The notes under the pieces were generated by a model that was not told the DNA's origin, did not search any database, and saw only the letters and a list, made by a program, of their open reading frames with translations. The translations under genes were made by a program, and so were the position numbers. This document shows positions 57,051-64,000 of a stretch of DNA of 64,000 nucleotides, piece after piece. The stretch spans positions 186,001-250,000 of the forward strand of contig BCIN01000007.1 of NCBI GenBank assembly GCA_039545335.1. Reading direction: 5' to 3'. Each line of letters starts with the position of its first letter. The stretch's first letter is position 1. The DNA is from Kondoa subrosea. Its lineage: Eukaryota.

Positions 57051-58745
57051 TCATTGGCAATACATCGCTTGCAGAACAATTTTGGCTCGTTCCATGGTGA
57101 TATTGAAGATTGGATGTGTCGGTTCCTGTTTCTCAGTTAGCACTCGAATAGCGTTCTTTTAAGAAGCGCGTACCAGCCGGTTACTATCCAACCCCACTAT
57201 CGTTGCAGGCGTCGCTGTCCAGCCCATTAGCGAAGCATACATATCAGCTTCCCTCTTCCGTGCTTGTTCAGCAGTCTCATTCTTCCCTTGGAACGGTTCC
57301 ATACTTGAAGAGGAACCGGATACTGGTTTGTAAGAAAGCTTGTGCTGAGCTGCTGAAAGACCGGACAAAACATAACAGGTGTGATAGCAATCAGGACCTC
57401 TGCAACCGATATCAATCCGAATCAGCCGAATCAGGGGGTGGGTAGACTCACTTCCCGGGCTTATCTCTACACCCTCCTTCCACCACTTGAGCCGCTATGA
57501 GAATATATTCCTGTAATGCCTCTGCATACATTCGTTCAAATGTTATTCCCGATCGAGATGAATGTACTCACCTCTGTCAAAGAGATCCTCTTCAGTCTTC
57601 AAGTATGGTTGCAGCATCTGAAACAGTCCTCCATTCCACCAACTATAACAACCATCCACCAGCTTGTTTGTTCGCCCTCTGAATCCACCACCCTCGACAG
57701 GTACACCTTGCATCTGAGCAGACCAGCGATAGAGAGAGTCAAAGTCTAAACTGTTGGAAGAGGAGGAAGAAGTAGAAGGAGGTCGAAGAAGGAAATAAGA
57801 TGCTAATCCGCAGAAAGCGTATCCGCCGTGAGCTTCCGCTTGAGGTGGATTACTTGAAGATGGTGTTGAGTAAGGGTAAGATGCACATGCTAAACCACCT
57901 TCGTATGTTTGGCAGCTGCACAACCACATAAGCAAAACTGCATGACTGAGCGGGAGATAGCTCACTTTGCTATGTAATCAGCAGCGTTTTCTGCTAGTTC
58001 GGGTGTAAGGATGTTGAGTAAAGCAGCGACCGACAAGGCGCAGTAGCCTGCTCTTGTATCCACTTCTCCTCCTACATGCATAGCGAAACTCCCATCAGGT
58101 TGTTTCAGCTCCATCAACCAATCATGCATCTCTCTTCGGTCTACGATTTCTTCCCAATCTTTGCTTGTATCGCAAACGTAGGCTAAAGCCATTACTGCTG
58201 CATAGGTAGGAGCCAAATGCTGAATTTGACCTGAACCTCCTCCAAATCCAGCTCGACTGTTTGGTTTATTGAGAGGTCGGAAACGTAAAAGAGTTTCTTT
58301 CATTTCTGATATCCGAAACCCATCAAAGACTTCTCCGCCTAGCAAATAATGCGGATGTGTGTTCCAGTAGAGTAACCAAGATCTTGATGCATCATAGCCA
58401 ACGAAAGCTCCAGGTAAAGTATTCGACAAGTACCATTCGACGAATCCAGCGTCTGTGAGTTCTCTTTGCAGAGCGATTCTGGCAAACACAATCAGTCCTT
58501 CGTATGAGCACCTCTTGACAGAAGGCTCAACTGGTTTCGGTCTTTGAGATCTTCTGCCTCCGTGAGCTCTGACTTGTATTTCGCAAACAGTTCCGATATA
58601 GCCAATTCAGTCACTCGCTAATTTGTCCCATTTGAGCTCAAAAGCTTGATCCAGGTCATTGCATACGAACCTGTTCTTCAGAGGAATAGGTCATCAGACC
58701 ATCATTTCCAGTAGGCGTCAATGCATGCTTGAGTACGCCTGCCAT
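57051..58745 (-). CDS. RAM1: Protein farnesyltransferase beta subunit
   Basis: DASRSWLLYW; GFGGG..HLAPTYAAV; GGEVDTRAGYC; EAHGGYAFC; GRTNKLVDGCYSWW; DKPGK..DLYHTCYVLSGLS. Confidence 0.94.
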
Positions 58746-59306
58746 GGCCGTCGAGTAGAGAGGGGTAGACGGCTCTCGTTTGCGGAATACAAAAGGTGAA
58801 CAAAAGACTTTAGACCAATGTAATTCAATGGACTGCGGATTTAGGCAGCTATAGCCAAAGACTGAGACAGGTAATGCAGGAGCAGATATTAGGTATGGCA
58901 CAGCCAATGGGTCGCCGTTGGACTGAAGCTTCAACAATCGAAGTTAGGCAGTTTCTCTCACTCGCATACTAAAGCAGACAGAATTCTTTGGTGAACAGAA
59001 CACGTATAGAATGCAAGACAGCCAGCACTTCAATAAGGCAAAGCACAAACGGAGCTACTTAAATATATTGATTATGTAATCAGCTACGCGTTCGCTGCTA
59101 AGACAACCTCATTTACACGTAGCCATATCATTCGAGTGGTTGGGACTAAGGTGTCGCACGTCCTACAAGACCCAACTTTAGCGATGGCTGCAGTAGACAA
59201 CGGACAGAACTCACCTGAGACCAATCTCTACAAGTCCTTTGTACTCTTCTTGCTACTCTCCTTGTCCCCTTATAGACATAATCTTGCTGATCCCAACCGC
59301 AGAAAT

Positions 59307-60816
59307 TCAAACATTGGTTTCGACCTCTTTTATTCTCACCCAATCTGCCTTATTGATGAGTTGACCTCGCTCACGCCTGCATCTGGCCCAGACATTCCGC
59401 AATCTATCTCTAAGCAATTCTGACCGAGTCCGAAAGTTTATTTTCATTTGTACTTTGACAGAACTAGGTAGCGAGAACAGCAAAGCTGTATATTCGGAGT
59501 GAAACTTCTCGCATATAGAAGAAGGGTCTTCTTTCAACCTTCTGTCATGCGTTCCCGTTGCCGGGATGTGTACACCTCGAGTGTAAGCTTCGATCTCCAT
59601 TTCTCTGAGATGAGGGAATGCAGAAAGCTTTTCGAATAGAGGTTGCATGACTTCTAAAGTAGCGTTGGATTCTTCGTTCTGAGGCACTAGACGTTCCAAG
59701 CTGGAGGCTGCTTTAGATTGAACGAGTGCCTGGAGTACATCCGGATACCAGAATGATAATCTGTCCTGATCCGGATCGTGGTACATATCGCCAACGATCA
59801 AAGTGAAGGACTTAAGCTGACTGAAGTGACTGAAAAGACTCTGGTACGATATGTTTGCAGGCTTGATTGCTTCTTCTGGCTGAATTATACGAAGTGTAAG
59901 CTCCCGAAGAGCCAAAGCGTTCTCGAAGCCTTCAAAAGTGATCTCTTCATTGAAGACCTCGCTTCCAACACTCCAGAACAACGATTTCAAGCCTTGACTC
60001 TGGTTGGCGAGTTTTCGGATGAGCTGAAAATTCTGATTGCGATTTTCCTGCTCATCGTCCGTCGTCGTGACGGTCAAAGTCTTCAACGCAGAGAAACAAG
60101 GGTCTTGTTTGCCTAAAGGGAACTCTATTTCATTATTGAAGATGCTGTACACAGCATTAGGCACAACGTCCAGAACTTGAAGTTGCGGCAATTCACTGAT
60201 GAAGTGATATATTGAGTAATCAGAGCCCAGAACACGGTATATTCCCAATCCTCCCGAACTTGAACGCTTTTCAGGCTGCTTTTCAGTGGCAAAGCTTGCA
60301 ACTGTTCCAGAGTCGGGAACATATTGTCCAAGCGAAAATTAACATTGGACTCTCTTCCAAATGTGAGAAGGGTGCCGGCTTCTATATCTAATTCGACGTG
60401 AGATATGTTCGGGCAGTATAAGAGATTTGCCAAAATTTGGTATAATTTGACTGTTTCTTCTGCAAGATACAAAGTTGCGGCCTGACGGTCCGTCAAAGCT
60501 CCCAAAAGGGATCCAGTGGCGTATTCATTCCAATTAAAAGGACATATTCGGCCAAAGTGCCAATCAATACGCCGAACCAATTTAGCAAGATGAGGCTCTT
60601 TCTCTTCCGAAAGAGTGCGATGTAGTAAAGGACTCGCTAAATGTTCCGTATAGAGACGACAGTACAGAAGGGGTTTGCAATGCATTGCAAGCGAGTGCAA
60701 GTTTGCGAGAATGACGCGAGATCAGCTGATCTGTCGTAGTAATGTTCTGCAGGCCAATCGAACTCAAGACGACTGAAAATGTTCTCGACCAGTTCTGCAG
60801 CTAAAATTTGAAGCAT
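59307..60816 (-). pseudogene. F-box-like/LRR protein broken by two frameshifts
   Basis: MLQILAAELVENIF..LASFSQTCTRLQCIAN continues as PLLY..KLVRRI only in the -1 frame (near 60672); second shift near 60248 into the 313-codon ORF. Confidence 0.65.
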
Positions 60817-61673
60817 AGTGTCGGGGTAAGGGAACAGAGGTTATGAGATGGACCGCTCAGGCTGTCGTAGCCTGTCAACATTGCCCTTGCTGCGCGACTA
60901 CGAAGTACTCACGCGAGTACAGATATCTGAGCTTCCTCCGACGTGTCTTGCAGGCTCTTCCACCTTGCTGTACTCAAACTTTTGCACAACCTGTCCTCTT
61001 GACCAATACCAAGCCAAGCAGTCCAAGAAGTCCAGCAATGTTGGCACCAATCGATGCGACCCTATATTTTGCTGCTTGTTGCTGCTTATAACCTGTCTTC
61101 GCTGTCTAAGAACGAGCGAGAAAACCCAAAAAAACTGCCTAACCATACAATTTGGAGCAATTTGGCTTATTCTATAGAGCAATACAATCGAGCGCAATCA
61201 GCGCATCTCCGGTTCGATGAGCTATCATGTCCGGATATACTCGAAACGTTCATGTTCTTTAATTACGTAATCACAGCATAAATGTCCAATTCGTCAGCCA
61301 TGTCAACGCTATTCGATGGGCGATTCTGATGTCACCAGCTTCGTACTGCTTCCCTCCGTGGCCCTTCGCTGGCCCTTGAAAAGCTCACCACTTTTGCGGT
61401 CAAGTCGGTGTTCTTGCTCCATTCGAATCTTGCATATTCCCATGGAATGGCTTCGTGTCAGTATCCAGTGCTTCGCATCTCGACAGCTCTGTCCATCCTG
61501 CATCGCGTCAGTTCCTGAACAACAGCTATTATTATTGATCCGCGTGAAGCTCTTCCCCGCATTCTTGCGATTTGCCGCTATTTCAACTTCACCTTTCTCT
61601 CCTTCCCCAAACCCCTTGCCTTCATCGAACTCTTCTTCATCTCCTTGCCCCTTTACACAACTAGCTATTAATC

Positions 61674-63298
61674 ATGTCTGCACCTGATATTCCGAAGAAG
61701 ATGCGAGCTGCTGTCTATGACAAACCAGGCAGCGTATCCACTGCCGTCAAAGAGCTCGACACACCCGAACCAGGTCCAGGAGATGTATTGGTTCGACTTA
61801 CTCACTCAGGAGTTTGTCACTCAGACTTTGGCACGTTTCCAATACCAAAAGCGAGTTTTGGATCGAAAGCTGATTGAACGTGTTGCAAATAGGTATCATG
61901 ACTTCAAGCTGGAGAGTAATGCCTTTACCTACTGAGAAGGATCAAATTGGAGGTCATGAGGGTGTAAGGCTCCTCAACGCTCGCTTTCGTGCAAGTCACT
62001 AAACGAAGATGACCAGATCGGAGAAGTTGTAAAGATGGGTCCAGCCACTGAAGGTTCTGCTGTCAAAGTCGGAGATCGTGTTGGTATTGTATGTGTCGGC
62101 TTCGAAGATCGTCGAATCCGGCTGATCTTGTTCTGTACTTAGAAATGGGTTGCTGCAACTTGTGATACTTGTGTTCCTTGCTTGGCTGGACGAGATGCCT
62201 GCTGCTGTAAGCTTGTTACTCTCGCCTTGTCTGAGTTCTGTTCTAATATGTTTGCCATCCAGCAAACATCAAGATCAGCGGATACTTCCATCCTGGAACC
62301 TTTGCCCAATACGCTATTGGTCCTGCGCGTTATGTCACACCTGTTCCCGATGGTCTGGATAGCGCTGCAGCTGCGTGAGTGTTCTTGTCTTTCTCACTTT
62401 CTACATAGCTAAATCAAGTATTATAGTCCGTTACTTTGCGCTGGTGTTACTGTTTACTCAGCATTGAAGAAGAGTCGCACTATGTCAGGAGACTATGTCG
62501 TTCTGCTTGGAGCAGGAGGGTCAGTCTAGTCTGTCTCTGAACCAATTAATTCTGATGAATCATAAAACAGAGGTCTAGGTCACTTGGCTTGTCAAATCGC
62601 TTCCAAGGGTCTTGGACTTCGAGTTATTGGAGTTGATCATCCAAGCAAGAAAGATTTGGTTCTTGAATCCGGAGCTGAACATTTCATTGATCACACAACA
62701 AGTAAAGATCTTGGTGCTGATGTGAAAGCTTTGACTGGTGGTTACGGGGCTCATGCTTGTCTGGTTCTGACCGCCGCTAACCCTGCATATGCTGCGTGAG
62801 TCATCATCACTTCATGCATTCATAGCTGAGCAATAGTGTAGCGCTACTATGACTTTGCGATTCGGCGGAACAGTAGTCTGTGTAGGTCTACCTGAAGGAG
62901 ATATGGTGAGTTCTTTCGGCTCCAAAGTAATTCTGCCTTTCCTGATCAAAATTGCCTAGATTCCTATTGCGACCGCTTTCCCATGTATGCTAATTTTGTT
63001 CAGTGTAATGGCAGTCCTTCTGATGCTTATACCTTACAGCTCTCATTGTCGCAATGGAATTGAACATCGTTGGATCAGCTGTAGGAAACAGACGTGAAGC
63101 GATCGAAACTCTAGAATTGGCTGCACGCGGAATCGTCAAGACTCATTACACCGTCAAAAAGATGGAGAACTTGACAGAGATCTTTGAACAAGTGTGTTGG
63201 CTCTCATCAAGTTTGTGCTCAGCTGATACCGAAGTGATCTACAGATGGAAAAGGGTGCTATTCAAGGAAGAGTCGTCTTGGATCTGCAAGCTCAATAG
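61674..63298 (+). CDS. Zinc-dependent alcohol dehydrogenase (MDR family)
   Basis: SGVCHSD, GGHEG, VGDRVG, structural-Zn cysteines, PLLCAGVTVY, GAGGGLGH, GRVVLD. Confidence 0.93.
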
Positions 63299-63542
63299 TG
63301 TGAACAAACGAAATAGAATAAAATGGGATGTATTAACTATATGTTGGAAATCAAATGTCAACTTGTGCAGAATTCAAATGTCGATCAATTTCTTAACGCG
63401 CTGCAACGAGTCGATATTGGGAATTGCCCCGATAAGAGGTGCCATACCGTATTACTATATACCCACAACTCTACAGGAGCGGAAGATACCCTGCCTTGTC
63501 TGTCTTGGTAGCCAGTGAAGTCTATTGAGACTTGTTTACGAA

Positions 63543-64000
63543 ATGGCTACTACACCCTCTCACTCTCGCAGCAATAGCAGATTCACTTCACCTAGCAAGA
63601 AGCAGAGACTCAATTCAGCTAGTCCTACCAAAGACATAGACTCGCAGCGCTTCGAATCTCTAGACCGGTTGAAAGCAACTTGGGAAAACATTGCTCAACG
63701 CTATGCTCAGAATGACGAAGATGAGGATGAGGACGACGATGTCTTTGATCTGTCTACATGTGAAACGGTCGAGGATAATGGCTGGCTCAGCAAAACTCAA
63801 GCTGTACCCTTTGGAAGTTTTACGTTGAGCGAGTCGGAAGATAATCAAGAAGAGGAAGAGCGAGACTCGAATGGAGAAGAGTCTGAAGAAGAGTCTGATC
63901 AGGAATCGGAAGAGCAGGAAGGGAAGTCGGAGCAGGGACTGCATGTCAAGCTGAAATCACTGAAACCTGAAGTCGAGGAAAGCTCGGAAGAGGACTCTGA
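63543..64000 (+). CDS. SCM3: Centromere protein Scm3 / HJURP-like CENP-A chaperone (3'-truncated by window)
   Basis: Open frame from ATG 63543 to the window end: RFESLDRLKATWENIAQRY..DDDVFDLSTCETVEDNGWL matches the Scm3 pattern R..S..RL...W..I..KY..DE.DL.TGE.V.DNGHL; acidic tail. Confidence 0.75.
   Translation, partial: MATTPSHSRSNSRFTSPSKKQRLNSASPTKDIDSQRFESLDRLKATWENIAQRYAQNDEDEDEDDDVFDLSTCETVEDNGWLSKTQAVPFGSFTLSESEDNQEEEERDSNGEESEEESDQESEEQEGKSEQGLHVKLKSLKPEVEESSEEDS

Overview
Gene-dense, intron-rich eukaryotic DNA from a fungus. Short ~45-65 nt GT-AG introns, some GC-AG introns and microexons suggest a basidiomycete (inference only). About 30 spliced protein genes can be reconstructed: MYND finger, HAP2/NF-YA, BUD13, VPS16, an MLKL-like N-terminal helical-bundle protein, a tandem DUF1772 pair, a cytochrome-b5-like steroid-binding protein, PRI1, F-box proteins, ornithine cyclodeaminase, ACC1, a CCCH-SMR protein, a WD40 protein, a SIRT5-type sirtuin, an alpha/beta hydrolase, a divergent H4-H3 pair, a Cys-rich secreted protein, a Git3-like GPCR, TAD1, PDI, PEP4, CBK1, HSP20, RAM1, ADH and SCM3 (truncated by the window end). 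The standout is a tRNA-Pro(AGG) gene at 17987-18126 interrupted twice: by a canonical 17-nt 37/38 intron, and by a 51-nt D-loop insertion carrying spliceosomal signals (GTCAGT donor, CTGAC branch, CAG acceptor) whose exact removal restores a textbook tRNA. The 3' end of this tRNA starts a ~670-bp near-perfect direct repeat that brackets an F-box gene. Other oddities: two abutting introns with no exon between them in PEP4, a Trp-to-TAG change in one DUF1772 paralog, and two in-frame TAA codons in the WD40 gene. Gene boundaries were derived by hand and some starts and ends are approximate.
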